Assembly: GCA_004431415.1 (NCBI GenBank)
Contig: QPMI01000417.1
Coordinates: 185,554 to 249,553, forward strand
Source: Cyanophora paradoxa CCMP329
Taxonomy: Eukaryota > Plantae > Glaucophyta
Length of the DNA stretch: 64,000 nucleotides
Direction: 5' to 3'
This document shows, in pieces, positions 1-13,763 of this stretch. Every line of letters begins with the position of its first letter. The stretch's first letter is position 1. Below the pieces are notes generated by a model. The model did not search any database, had not been told where the DNA came from, and worked only from the letters and a program-made list of their open reading frames with translations. Position numbers and translations under genes: made by a program.

Positions 1-297
1 CGTCGAGGTGCCGCGGATCGAATTCTCTTTTTGAAGTTCGAATTAATTATAAATGATTTTGCCGCTCGCGCGGGGGCAGGCGCTCGTCGAGTGCGAGGAG
101 CCCGCGCTCTACCGCGGCAAGGTGAATTGTTCAGACTAATCTCTGCCGCTGATGTGCAATATATTGGAAGATGAATTGATTCTTGAGGCGCAGGATCCGG
201 AGGGCCGATACCGGAAGGAAGGGCACGACGGGTTCGCACGTGCACGCGGCCCGCGGCCGGCCGAACGCGGCTCGGGTTTTACTCAGAGTACATATAA
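1..297 (+). CDS. 3' end of an unidentified spliced host gene (partial)
   Basis: Three GT-AG introns join into ...VE|ALVECEEPALYRGK|DPEGRYRKEGHDGFAQ|YI*, with TAA ending at 297. Confidence 0.55.
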
Positions 298-1239
298 TTT
301 CCCCGTATATTCGATCTTCGATCTTCGATCTTCCCCGCCTTGTGCTTGTGCATGTGTCCGCCCTGGCTCGGCGGCTTGCCCTTCTCTTGGGCGTGAGCTC
401 GAAATTATAAAAGCTTAGCTCAGCGGCTCATCTTTAGTTCCGCTTGGCTAATTCGTTTCTAATTCCTTGCTGGCAGGGCCTTCCTCCCGCCCGGGATCGC
501 GGACCCCGACTTCGAGGGCGAGTTCATTTCCGACCGCTCCAAGTGCAAGGCGCGCCGTCTCTAAGCGGCTTCCTCGCCCTACTAATTACTCGTCCGGCTT
601 CCTTTATAATTACTCTAATTACTTCCTCTCGGCAGAATATTACTCTCCCTACTAATTACTCGTATATTTTTGCCCAAGTCGCCACAGAGGAATGAAATTA
701 CACGCCAGATATCGCAAATTAAACGCTCGTGCGCATTTGACGACGCGACCGGTACCGCGTTTCACGACGCTCGCGCGCAGGCCCGGCGGCTCATCTCGAT
801 CGAGGACGCGAACGCGATTTTCGCGGCGGACGCGTACGCGGCGCCAGTTTCGCAATCGGCGGCGGGATCCGGATTCGAAAGGGGTTCGAATTCGGACGGG
901 CCCGCGGCGGCGGCGGGCCAGGGCGCCGGGGATCGACCGGATCCGGACTCTGGCGTTCCCGGCTGCGCAACTGGCTGATTAAGATTCATGATCATGTACA
1001 TGCTGTCGTTAAATTAAAGCTCAAGGATGATGAAAGCTCACGATCAAGTGGAACTGAGCTGAATTTCTTCGTTTTCGAATTCTGAGCACTTTCATGAAAG
1101 TTCGATTATTTATATAAATATTGATGTGGTTTCCGGAGGGGATCGTCGTAATAGTTTTACGGACACTCGCCCCAACCGAGGGACGCATTTCAGTCCGGTG
1201 TCTTACGGCGTCTTTAATTTGGTATATGTACTCCTGGAC

Positions 1240-1365
1240 CCCGCCCCCCCGCCCCCCCCCCCCCCCGCCCCTTCCCCCCCCCCCGCCCTAGCCTTCCCCC
1301 CTCCCGCCCCTACCCCCCTCCCGCCCCTAGCCTTCCCCCCCTCCCGCCCCTAGCCTTTCCCCCCT
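1240..1365. repeat. C-rich low-complexity tandem repeat (CCCGCCCCTAGCCTTCCCCCCT-like units)
   Basis: Imperfect repeated units and poly-C runs are directly visible; the minus strand is G-rich. Confidence 0.8.
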
Positions 1366-1699
1366 CCTGGCGTCGCTGCCCGGCGGGGCACCGGTCTTCG
1401 AAACCTTTCTCTTGCAATTGGGATTCAATCCGGGCGATACGTGCCGACAGTATTAATATTGCAGCTTGGAAGCAGCCTGGTCCGCAGCACTTCGAATCGC
1501 CGCTACTTTAGATCGATATCTGATTGGCCTAACTCTCGCCACTGGCCCAGTGGGCCAACCGGTACGTTAACCCCGCCCGGCCGCCTCAGCGCCTGAAGCT
1601 GCGCCCATCATGTTCCGATGCGAAGATTCCGAAAAGTTCTGTGCATTCGTGCATGCGCAAACGCGATAAATATCGATCAGCTGTCCTTTGGATTCGAAA

Positions 1700-2230
1700 C
1701 ACGAAAGCGATGCAATAATGTATTTATTCTGCACGTATTCTAGTATAGCGAGAAACGCTTGCGAGTTTATTGTAGCTGCAGCTGCCTGTTGTTTGTAATC
1801 ATTGAATACCGGATATCTAAAAGCGCTGCCGTTAAAAAAGTCCAAGAACCGAAATCGAAAGATGCATGTATCGAGGGTACAATCATCCCGATCAGGCTTT
1901 CAAGCAGTGGTCTCACATTTCGAGGGCGAACGCAGCCGCAGCCACGAGGAACGCGGCGAGGCCAGCGAGGAGCGGGCTCGCCTGCTGCGCGGCCGCCGCG
2001 CCCATCGCCGGCCAGTACGGCACGCCCGGATCCCACATTGGACGCTGCCCGGGGAATTTAAAAGGCCGTCAACCTCGAGCTCGGGGGCCGGAGCTGCGAG
2101 GTGCAGCGGGCGGGTCGGAGCGGGGCGGGGCGGGCGCACCGGCGAGGGCGCGGGTGATGGTGGAGCCGGTGACGTTGAAGCCGGAGATACTAAGGGCGCC
2201 CGAGGCGGCCAGCGCCCGCAGCCGCGCCTC
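1700..2230 (-). pseudogene. Truncated paralogous copy of the subtilase 3' end (last two exons, intron, 3' UTR)
   Basis: Aligns by eye to ~6850-7390 (LAASGALSI.GFNVTGSTITRALA|...PYWPAMGAAAAQQASPLLAGLAAF). It has a +1 frameshift near 2030 and no upstream exons. Confidence 0.8.
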
Positions 2231-2298
2231 CGCCGCTCCCCCTCCCCCTCGTTTCGTTTGCCGTCTTATCCGGCGCCCTCCGCCCTCTCGTCCCGCAG

Positions 2299-2922
2299 AC
2301 GGCGTGAATGCATTCGCCCTCACCCCCGCCTCCGTCTTCTCATGCTCCCGCGAAAAGGTGCGCGGGTGGGGTACATAGAGAGAGGGCGTAGCGGCGGGGC
2401 GCGGGCGGGGCGGGGCTGACGGGCGGGGCGCAGCCGATCATGATCAAGCAGTGGGACCTGAACGGCTTCCAGGCGACCCGCTCCCGCATGGCCGCCCACG
2501 CCGACTAAATCTCGTGCGCCCGCCCTGCGCCCCTCCCCGGCCCCCGTACCCCCCGCCGACGCCGTACCCGCCGCCAGGTCGCTGCTGGCCCAGTGGTGGC
2601 CGCCGAGCCGCGCCTTCCCATCTCCGCCTCCCGCGACTCCACGATCAAGGTACCCCCGCCCCGCACCTGCCGTACCCCTCTCCCTCATGATCACGTCGTC
2701 GCAGGTGTTGGCCTGGACGCGTCCGTCGACGTGCTGTCCTCTCAGGGCGACCGCAAGGGCCCCGATACCCCTGCCCTACCGGCCGCTGCCGTACCCCCTC
2801 TCTGATCCCGTACACCCCGCCCAGTGAACTCGATTGTGATGTCGCGTAACCTCCTCCTCTCCTGCTCCAACGACCGAACCATCAAGGTGCCCGCCCCGGG
2901 CCGCCGCAGGTCGTGGGTGATC
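2299..2922 (+). pseudogene. WD40-repeat gene fragment, 5'-truncated and degraded
   Basis: Spliced exons read DGVNAFALTPASVFSCSREK|..IKQWDL, ISASRDSTIK|, VNSIVMSRNLLLSCSNDRTIK|. The expected VW dipeptides are frameshifted. Confidence 0.7.
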
Positions 2923-3199
2923 ATGAGCCAGTAGAGTCCCAGCCCCCGGCCGCCGCGCCGCGGCCATGGGCGCTACGGCGGGCCTTTCAAACTTAGTATA
3001 GCCATCCCGAGCTCCGGTAACGTTCCTAGCCACCAGAGCTGTGCGGGCGTGAGATTGCCCATATTCGTAGTACATGTTTGTTCGTCGGATTTCATGTTTG
3101 TTTCAATGCCCGGCGGCCAGGATCTCAAACTTGAAAATCAAACCAGTGCCTCCTATTGAATATACATGTTATAAGCACTACAACAGAACAGTATACGTA

Positions 3200-5018
3200 T
3201 TAGCTCAAGCTAATCGTACGGAATCGCACGTGGCGAAGGGCGCATCTCAGGGCTTCGCGCTTGCGGTCGTCCAGAGCAGCAGCGGCCTCGCCCTGGAGCA
3301 CGAGGCGGGGCAGGCGCTTGAGGGAGGAGACGGCGACGATGTCGCCCGCAGAGTTGAGGGGGAGCGGCGACTTGACAGTGAGCTTCTGGAGGGAGGGCAG
3401 GTCGGAGGCAAGCCGCTGCGGACGAAGAGTATAAGACCGCGGCACAAAGGTCAACGAGCGTCGACAATTAGATTGCCGACCTTCAGAAACGCGCCCGGAA
3501 TCTCTGTGTGGCCAATGCAACTGACAGTTAGGGCCTTGAGACGCGTCCACTGCTTCATGGACTGCTGTGCGAAGGCTGAGTACGTCGACGATGGCAAAAT
3601 CAACTCCAGGACCTAGGCTTGAGGTTAACGGGGCTGGCTGCGACACATCATTATATATTATTACACTAATTACGGTAGGGCTGACATTTAAAGCGGTCAT
3701 CTTTGAAGCTGCAGCTGCAAACGATGCGGAAGCAGCTTCGTCGAGATTGTAGTGCACGAGGGTCGCTTTTCGGATGCTGCCAGCGAGGGGCAGGAGGGCC
3801 GAGATGTCCGCTGGTCCTTTCATGTTTAGGAAGATGTACTCCAGCTGTCGCATTCCGCTGAGGAAGCTGGTGTGCGTGTGATACACGAAGACAACGTATA
3901 CTAATCGAGGAGGTCGTCAACACACTTAATGTAAATGTTGATTAAAAAGTCTTGCGATCGTCTCTCACCGCGCAGAGAGGAGAGGCCGGAAAGCGGCTGC
4001 AAATCCGCTCCGGAAATGTTCGGCCATATTCTCGCTCCTCTTGCGTCATGAAGAGCTGTGAAACAGTAATTTAAACAGTAGCTGTAGGAGCGTGCAAGTG
4101 GGAAATGATTTATTCAAGCCGACCTATGAGCAATTGTTCAAGGTGCTGGAAAGCCGCAATCGACGAAAAGATGGGAAGCAAAGCGTCGTTGACAACAACG
4201 CCGCAGAATAACCGCTTTAGCGTAGGGGCCAGCGGTGCGAGGGCTTGGAGCGTCTCGAGGGTCACTGGAAAACTGTGCGGAAAAGGAATCAACAAAGTAA
4301 ACTACGCTTGAGGGCTAGGGCACGAGAAGGCGTGACTCACTAATTCAATGCCAAGGCCTGCAGTGGAAGCGAAGCCAACGCTTGCAGCGCGCCCTGAACG
4401 ATCGGACCGGCCACCACACCGATATTCTCCTTCAGCCAGACCTCCGAAACTCCCCCGATGGTCAACTGAAATTGCGACGTCGTCAGAGACCAGCATGCGC
4501 AGATGTTGGGAATCGAGGAAATGTAAGACTATTTCTACCTGCTCAAGGCGCGAAAAGTGCTGAACTGCAGCTACAGGCAGCACAGCTGGAGAAAGAGAGC
4601 CTCCAGATACCATCACGATCAGCTGTGTGAGCTGCTCGCCGAAACATTTGCTCAACTTGATGAAAGAATCGCCGCTGAGAAAGCCGTCCGCCAGAACAAG
4701 AGAGCGCAAAGCTTCCCGGCGCTCTTTCGAATTTGGCTGCAGCTGGTCACGATCGAGAAGCGCATCGACGACTTTATCGCTGACTGGACGGATACGAATG
4801 TGCTGCCAGAGGCTGGGCTGCTGGGCGAGGCTGCGGAAGCGGCGGGAGACGTGGCTGAGCTGCACGAGCTCGCGAAGGTCCTGATCAGTGCAACGACGGG
4901 AGCCAGAGAAGCCGAGATTTGATCCCCCCTCGAAGTAGCTCTGCTCCGACGCCTGTCCGATGATGAGCGTGACGAGCTCGTCGGGCAGAGCGTCGAATGC
5001 GCTGCCGCCGGCCGCCAT
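3200..5018 (-). CDS. F-box protein with LRR-like C-terminal region (spliced)
   Basis: F-box motif FDALPDELVTLII...LSHVSRRFRSLAQQPSLW, followed by LxxLxL-type repeats (LPSLQKLTV, LKRLPRLVL, FQHLEQLLI) across several exons. ATG at 5018, stop at 3200. Confidence 0.8.
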
Positions 5019-6204
5019 CGCCACCTCCACGCGCGAGAGCGCCGCGGAGCTCGAGGAGCTCGAGGCTGCGGACAAGATCTCAGTGAGGATCGCAGTCGTT
5101 AGCTATTTATTCCTGTCAGTTTCTCTGCTTTTGCTAGCTTCGAAATTCAGGTTTGAAATATTGATCGGGCAGTGAACTCTGTCATTTTATTTCTCGACTC
5201 GCGTCAGCTAGCTCGCGGGCAGAGACGCGCGCTGGCGGCTGCAGCCTCTGCGAGCTAGCAGCTAGCTCGCAGACAGATTTATAAATTAGAGGTGCGCACG
5301 GGTAGCTCGCGGGCAGATGACATTCGCAGCAGCAGCTATATCATTTAACGTTGCACCGCACGCGGAAGCTGCAGCCTCGCTGGAATATTGATATTGAGTG
5401 TTGTGACAGTTGCGATTAGAGGACGCAAATTTAAACTTAAATGGATGCGCAATCTCGCGATCGACGCGATATGGATGCGCACCGGCTGCGACCGCGGAGC
5501 CACCTCCTGGCCTAACGAGTGAGCGAAGGACGTCGACGACACGGATTTAGAGACGTGGCAGCGCGCGTACGGATCGCTGACCTGCCGACGGCGCCGGCGC
5601 GTCCAGATCGATATCCCCCGCCCTCATGATCAGCCGCTTCGCCGCCCGCTCGCGCGCCATTTCTCTTCTGAGCGCTGCAGCTGGAGAGACACAACGAGAC
5701 CCTGCGGTACAAGAGCGCGCGCGTTGCGGTCGTAAGTTGATTTTCGCGATCGTTCACACGTATACAGCGCACCGAGGCCAAGCAAACACGCTCAATTCTC
5801 GCCCTCGTGGCAGGCTCGCGCCGCCGCGCTCGCTCAGGGCCGCGTGCTTGATTGCAATTGCGGCCCAATTTGCGGGGGCCCGACCCGGTCCGGGTACAGC
5901 GCCAAACTCTCCCCTCGAATTCGATCGAATGTGATCAATTCGATATTAATTGTTCTTGTATTTTTTGTTTTTGGTGAATTACCGGCCACAGCCTCTAGAC
6001 ACCAGCACTGCGGGGGCTGCCCAGGGGGCATTTTTGCACCTCTAATCTGAAATGTTTAATTTCTGGTTACGATAAGCGCTAGCCGACCTCTCTCTCGAGG
6101 AGCTTATCTCCCCTACATGTAAAGTTCCCTTGTCTCTATCTGCAGCTGGAGCTGTATCCTGATGAACCTGCCAGGCTGCCCCGTGAAATCACATGCACAG
6201 GCGA

Positions 6205-6302
6205 GCGAAGGCAGAGTACGTCCTCGGTGGCAAAATCAACTCCAGGACCTGCACTCAACGGTTAAAGTTGAAGGGGCTGGCCGCGACACATAATCATATA
6301 TA
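6205..6302 (-). pseudogene. Orphan fragment paralogous to an exon/intron segment of the F-box gene
   Basis: GCGAAGGC.GAGTACGTC...TGGCAAAATCAACTCCAGGACCT and GGGGCTGGC.GCGACACAT are shared with ~3569-3660. Confidence 0.65.
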
Positions 6303-7067
6303 ACGCCGGCTCGTAGCCTCTTACGTATACTGCGGAATCGGACAGGACTCCTGTATAGCGAGCTGTAAAGCGAGGCCTAGGATTCCTGGGACCCGAAATA
6401 ATATTCGAGGGCTCGGCCCGTGGTCAGCCCGGCGGAATCGAGGCTCGAGCTCTCAATATAGCCCTCGTTAACGTTGCGACCCGGACCGTCGGACCCAGCC
6501 GGAGTCGAACCAACGTCGAAGGGGTGCCACGGTGTCAAGGCGGCAGTTCCACGCAACACTGCATATAGCTCCCGCCAACGCCAACAACCCCCGCAGGGTC
6601 CGATCGCGAACCAGAACCAGAACCAAACGCGAATCCCTCGCATCGCCCACCGGTACCGAGACCGGTCTGCTGCTTGTCTCGTCCTACGGTCCCGCCGTGC
6701 ACGCGGCCACCCCGCCCGGCCCGCTGAAGCGCCCGAATTCGAAGCTGCCCCCTGCCGATTGCGATGCCGCAGTGCGAAGATTTAGACTCTAGATCTGCAG
6801 CTGTGCATACATGCAAACATGCAGCTGTGCATACATGCCATGATGCAAACATGAGTATATCTTATCTATTCTGCTGCAAGTATTTTGCGGATTATATAAT
6901 TAGCGAGAAGCGCTTGCTGATTTATTATATATGCCTGTTTGTGACATTACCGGATTCCTAAAAGCGCTGCCGCTGACAACTCAATAAAGCGAAATCGAAA
7001 GATGCGTGTATCCGAGGGTCCGATCATCCCAATCATGATCAGACCTTCAAGCAGTCACTGAGTGGTC

Positions 7068-10000
7068 TCACATTCCGAGCGCGAACGCAGCCGCCACCGC
7101 GAGGAACGCTGCGAGGCCAGCGAGGAGCGGGCTCGCCTGCTGCGCGGCCGCCGCGCCCATCGCCGGCCAGTACGGCACGCCCGACCCCAGATTGGACGCT
7201 ACTCGGGGAAATAAAAGGATGTCAGCCTCGAACTCGGGGGCCGGAGCTGCGAAGCGCAGCGGGCGGGTCGGAGCGGGGCAGAGCGGGGCGGGCGCACCGG
7301 CAAGGGCGCGGGTGATGGTGGAGCCGGTGACGTTGAAGCCGGGGATGCTGAGGGCGCCCGATGCCGCCAGCGTCCGCAGCTGCACCTCGATTGCTGCCAG
7401 CGACTTGACGGCTGGGTGCGCATAATATATAAGAGACGATGCAATGAAAGGAACCAGAATGGCGAAGGCGCAGGCCGGACCGGCGGCGTTCCCGCCGAAG
7501 GCTTCAACGATGAGCGTAGTGATCGCGAGGGATGTCGTCGCCCGGAGGCCGCGCCGCCCCGAGGTTCGCTCCTTGGAGGTCCCGGCGCGCCCGTGATCAG
7601 GCTTTTGCATGTACATCGCGGCACGGCACGAGTCAACAGATTATCGGAGACGGATGGCCTGCACCTCGACTTTGGTGACGAAAATGCGGTCCGCAGATAC
7701 GGGCGGCGGGGGGTTGCTCAGCGCGGTCGAAATGCCCGAAATGTATCGTCCCTGTACGACCGGATCGATCATGAGCGACGCGCGAAAGCCCGCGCCGCCG
7801 TTGAAACTCGCCTGGGATTCGGAGTCGAAGTTTGCCGCCGTGGCGTTCTTGCCGCCGGGCAGCTCGGAGACGGTCACGACGAGCTCGACGGCATTGGCGC
7901 CCGGCACCGCGCCCGGCGGCGGCGTGGCGATCGGCTTCGAGGCTGCCGCCCCCACACATTCAACCAGATGCACAGCGCTAGCTCACGCGCGGCGGGCGGC
8001 GGCGGCGGCAGCAAGCGCACTCGGGGTTGGAGCTGCTGCGGCGACGGATGGCGATGGCGAGGGGCTCGGGCTCGGGCTCGGCGAGGGGGTCCCACTGGGC
8101 GACGGCGACGGCGATTGCGACGGCGAAGGCGAGGGGGAAGGAGTCGGTTGAGTGCATCGGCCCGCCGTGGGCGTCGGGAAGTTGCCCGTGACGAAAAGCG
8201 TGAAGAGGGCCGGCCCGACGCTCGCGGCCGACACGAAGGTCGTCACGTTTACGGAAATTGTGTGCTTGCCCCGCGCCGACGCGGGGACCCCGATTTGCTC
8301 CACAACGTTCAGCCTGTCAGCTCTCTTCATATATATGCGGGTGACAAACACCGCCGGTCATGAACGAAGCTTAAGGCGCGAGAAATATATATATACATTC
8401 TAGATCTGCGACGAAGCTATAGAACGCACTGTCAAGCCGTTCGGGTAGTACTTCGTGCCAGTGTTCAGTTTCTGATTGAATATAAGTACGTATGTGATCA
8501 GGGGTCCAATATGGGATGTGATTGATTCGGGAATGAATGAGATGGGATTAATATGATATGGATCGTGAGCTTTTAATTTTGATTGATTAAAACGTGAGGA
8601 CCAAATGGTTCCAATATTAATGTGAGGCGAGAGACGGATCCCGGACCTCGACACTGAGATCCAAATCGTTGACGAGCGCCACGTGTTGACCTGTCAGCTC
8701 AACACAAAACTCGAATGCAGCCCCGAGGTTTTCTGCTGTGACATTCTTCTCGAAGAACCACATTCTAAAAAAAAAATGGAAGGCTGGATCGCGCATACGA
8801 AGGAGGACTCAACGAATTATTAAACGCACGAGAAGTTCGAATCACTGAAGCGCAGAGAGTTTGCCACGGTGGGCTGTCCCCATCCTTGGTACCTGGCAAG
8901 AGTGGCAATCAACGTAAACATCACGTAACCTCTGGCGTAAAAAAGGGCGGTTCATACGGACTTATCCGGTTTCTCCGTCTGCAGCGGAATAGGTGTGTAG
9001 CTCGGGTCGCCGTCGGTGACCACGCCCCCAAGCATGCGGGCCCCATTCGTCAGAACCGCGCGGATGAGTGTGCTCGAAGGGGAGAATCCGTTCGAGGCAG
9101 TCTGCCAATAACCAATCGCGATCGTCAGGTAAATAGCATAATATATAACTGTAAGCGTTTGTGAGGAAGGAACCTTGGAGCCCGTGGGATAATATCTGAT
9201 AAATCAAAGCTCCAGTGTCAAATCATGAACTCCAATGGCGATATCTATATCGATGCAATACGTATACGCACCCCTCAACAAAGTACTGCCGAACAAGAGT
9301 AGCGAGCCCCGCCATCTGTGGTATCGATTCAACCAATTAATTTCGTTGAAAACGGTCACTGGTCACATGTGCATTCCCCGCCGAGAAACTCGCCGAGAGA
9401 TCTAGACCCCAGTCTACTACCATAAGTTTTGCAATACGCGGCTCACCGCCGGGGCTGCCATCGACGTTCCCTCAATCGCCAGGAGAGCGGGTTTGACGTC
9501 GGGGGCGCCCGCGCCGTCTGGATGCGAATGATAGTGAGAGAAGCGTGAGCTGTTATCAACAATGGAGAGCGCAAGGGCGCGGCCGCGCACATGGTGAGCA
9601 CTGATTCGATCTGCAACGCACGAGGCAAAATGACGGTTAGAGTTACTGGGGGGCGAACGAGAATAGATCTAGACGCACGTCCAGTTGAGGTCGGCGAACG
9701 CAGACACAATCTTGAAGCCAGGCGCCTGCACACGCGCGCAGGTGGTAAATCTGTTTGCGCAATCGAGCTGAAGTTCGAAATTCGAATCGAGCAGAAAGCG
9801 AACCACTAAATCCGGCTGCGCGCAGGGCCAGATGAATTAGAGAACACATGTGCATAATCGCTTGATCGTAATTTCAAAACAAAAACCTTGATGCGCTCAT
9901 CGAACGTAGGTCCGCGCGAGGAGAAAGCTGCTCGCACCGAACATTGAACGTTGACGATGCATTTTGCGCTCCGAACAGCTATACGACGAATAAGGAGGGT

Positions 10001-13000
10001 TAAGTACCCGCGATGTTGCTCTCATTCAACGCGACTGTGTCGATTTGATTCCCGCAGCACTTGGCTGCGCGGAAGTGCGTGATAAGCCGCGAGATGTGCA
10101 TCTAGTAGAGCCCCTCAGTTTAAATTGAGGAATCGCGCCCGACTACAAAGCCGCGAGATCTAGAACTAGGGCCCTTCGAGCTCAAGGCATCGCGAACGAC
10201 GCCATTCTAATACAGCTAACCTAAATACAGCTAGCTTCCCCATCATTAGTTTTAGTTATAAAATTAGAAACCTCTTAGAAACCATTCATTTTGAACGTTT
10301 CTAAAGCACCGCATACGACGGTCCACGGTAGTATCTAGTCGGAGAGATATATTGGGCGATGTGAAACTCATATGCATTGTAGTTGTACATGTGTTGTGTG
10401 ATTATGCATGAGATATAAAAATAGGCGCTTCACCTAAATTGGTTCCAATCAAGGAGGTGCCTTCGCACGGAAGGTTTAATGCGACGCAGAAACCATCTGC
10501 TCGAAATAGCTGTTCATGAGAGATGTTTGAAGCGGTGGGGATCGCCATCAGCCTGGCAGATTTAGAGGTCTCACAATAGTCTTTGTCAAATTTGCCGAGG
10601 GTCTTCCAAGCGTCTACAGAGTTGTGAGAAGCGCCAACTGAAATGCAGTTCTTGCACGTTGCGGGCTGCCGAACCACATTAATTATAAATGAAGTGTACT
10701 TATAATTATTTGGGATCGTTAACTTATATATCTTGTATGTAATATGATAACACTGCTCGCACGTCTCCGATAGTGCCGTTGCTGGAGCCCCCCTCTCCGT
10801 CATTCCCGCCCGCTACAAGCACCAGGAAGTCCTGAAGGCAGCGGGCAGTGAGCGGTCGTGCACAGACCGGACGTGCACATCAATTTCGATGTGGCGCCGC
10901 GGAGCACCTGGTTTTGGAAAGTGAACGCATCGACATCTCTTGTTTGTGTGCTGTAGGTGTTGCAGCTGTTTGCGCGGTTATAATTACCCCTTTAATTGAT
11001 ATTGCGCGTAAAGCGCACTCGGTGTTCTGGCCTCCCGCTGGGTTAGAGCATCCCCACTACCGGCAAGAGAAATCTCAGTTCATGCTGATTTATGCAAAGT
11101 ACGGATCCTGAGCCCGAGCACCGAGTTCGTGTGAATGCGAGCCCCGAACTGCCGGTGCCGCGACATTAGTGCGCGTTTTATTTGCATTGAATCCAAAGGG
11201 GGCCTTTCGAGTCGCACATCGTACGCCGGCTGAAACAAGTCGAACAAGTTGGCGGGAGTAAACAGCTGGCATGCGTGCGTATTAGTATATATACCTCGCG
11301 AACGCTCTAGCTATAGCGATCGACTGGAGAATGAGTTAAACAAACATCATTCACCTTGCCAGTTGTACCTCCAAGGTGCTACGCGCGTTACAGACGATGC
11401 GGGTAGTGTGAGACAAATGTTTATGACTGCACTCAATATTCAGACGAACCTGGAAAACCAGCTTCGCCTCGTACGCGAGGCCGTTATACTTCGACATCTG
11501 ATGACTCAAATCAGCGCTAAAAATCGTATTATAAATTAACAGTAGTTTTCCGGAAGGGGTCGTCTGCACCTCCGCCGCCTCCGTCGCATTCACCCAATCG
11601 GTCGGAACTTTTCCCTAGACGAGCGCACGCCTCTGTTTGAGCTTGCGATCGAGCTCGAGCAAATCCCACATTTTTTAAGCACTTCAGAAATTCACCAAAA
11701 CCGTTCCTGCGACGTGCGTTCCGTGCTCTGAATTTGTGTGGGTTTCGTTGATCACCGCCCCATCTGCAGGAGATATCCAGTACCGAAGCAGCTGGCAATT
11801 TCGGCAGGCATTTCACAGTAAATATTCGTTCACGCGCGCGTGCTGAAGAATAAACTCGTCGACCACCTTTTTGCGGTTGGCAGGCGGAATTACGTCGTTA
11901 GTGTCCTTTCGAGTCGGATCCGCAAAAGCAGCCACAAAGGAACTGCGCATGCGGTAAATCCGCTCGGAGCGCAAGTGCGCGGATTAAACTTGAAACTGGA
12001 TGAATTGAACGCGGTACCGCACCTGGCCGTGTCGCTTCCACTCTCAAGGAATGAGCAGTGATCGAAGTCGAGGGCGTCGTCTGCGACCTATACAGAAATA
12101 TATTAATATTATTCATCTAAAATCTGATCCGAAACTCTCTCTTAGTTCTTGGCGTGCGTCCGCGCGCTTTTATATAATTCATTCGTATGATGCGCGGAAC
12201 TCGAGCTCACCGCGACGATCTGATTCTCTCCGTGGATTCCGCGGGCCCAGAGGGGGTTGTTTGATGGCAGGCCGTCTCCCAATCCTGCAGAGGCAGAGGG
12301 GGATCGGCACCAATTTTAATGTCAGTTGCGTCGGTAGATACATCTGCGGCCGGCGCCGGCTCTGGACATGGGCCGGGGCGGCACCGGATGTAAGAAGTGT
12401 CGCCGCGTGTCTGTTACGGATCGCGGAGGGGGACACTCCCTCCACCCAGGATACGAGCGGCTGTTCGAGTTTGTCCTTCATTAAATTGCAATCGACTCAA
12501 CGCGAACAGCCGGTTCACCTCGTGCGCCAGGCGCTCGGCAACGCGACTGGAGTCGGCATTCCCGCACTTGACGCGAACCGCCTCGCGCGAGGGTCGGACG
12601 GATATCGCAGATCCGGAGAATTCCTCACGGAGCGCCTTCTCCAGGATGGCTGTAGACGCGAGTTCAATACTCTGATAAAGATGCTTGAGCTTACAGACAA
12701 TTATTCGTGTAGAGGACGTAGCTATAGCTGAAGATGTAAACCGGCAGAGGCGTTCGGGCGGAAGCGCACCGGCGTATTCATTGATGTCCCCTTCGGTGCG
12801 AACAGTAGCGACGAGCTCGTTCGTGTGGGCGGCAAACGAGGAAACCGTGTGCGAAATCTGCAGCGGGGACCATCCGATGATCAAAATCGACATCAAAAGT
12901 TACGGATCCGGAGCTCGAAGGACGCGCCTTGTGCTCCGATCGGTGCGCATCAATCCACTGTACACCGGGGGCCGATCTGCGCGCACAGAATGTACGTTCT

Positions 13001-13763
13001 TAAATATCGTTACAAGTGCGTGTAAGTTTAATATTATAAAAGCGCTGGTTCACCGCAAGCGCTCGGCCTGGCTGGGCGTGGCGGTGACGAAGTAGGAGTG
13101 GTGCGGGATGTAGCCGCCCAGAACGACCCCCGCGTGCGACTCGATCGCGGCCCTCGCCTGGGCCGACAGCGCGCCACCGACGTGGACCTGACAGGAACAA
13201 AGCTCATCGTGCGATAGTGACAGTACGAGGAGTACTCGCTTTCAGATTCGCGCCCATGCACAACATTTATAAGTATATATGGATACGCACCAAGTAGACG
13301 CGCGGCTGGTCGTACATGTTGTGCTGGAACTGGCCGCGTTGGCGGCCGCGGTCGGGCACGTGAGGCCCCGGAGACGACGACTGGCGGGCCCGGAGCTTCG
13401 CGTGGTGGGCGAGGGCCGCCTGGGCGTGCGTGTCGATCGCTAGGCCGTTCGCGAAGCAGATCTGCGTAGATGTGGTCAGTGACGGACCGCGGGCCGCCGG
13501 CCGCCGCTTCAAGGCTTCATCGTCGCATAAAACAGCATATATATATATTACTATGTATGATAGAACTGCATGTACTATATATGTATGATGTACACGGATC
13601 GCGGAGAGACGCGAACCCTGTCTGGGTTCGCAAAGCTCGCGCGACATTCGTTGGGAGACGTTCTTGAGGCGAGAGCGACCGAGAGGACGCTGAGAAGGGC
13701 GGCGATCGCTAGCGCGACGTCGGTCCACGGGCTGCGCGGGCCGCGCGGCAGCCGCAGCGCCAT
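7068..13763 (-). CDS. Secreted subtilisin-like serine protease (S8, KP-43/TagC-like) with Ser-Pro stalk and GPI-type C-terminus; many introns
   Basis: N-terminal signal-like segment. Catalytic motifs: VADDALD (~12061-12087), HGTHVAGT (~11703-11728), oxyanion VAGGND, PATCKNCISVGAS, GTSMAAP (~9450-9470). Also VRQYF, QGWG, LVNDLDL, DRLNVVEQI, an (SP)n repeat at ~8050-8150 and a hydrophobic tail ending LGM*. Confidence 0.9.

Noticed and set aside
8860-8892. Degenerate second GTSM motif suggesting a subtilase pseudogene
   Set aside because: The correct frame reads YQGWGQPT, a normal downstream motif; the true GTSMAAP is at ~9450-9470.
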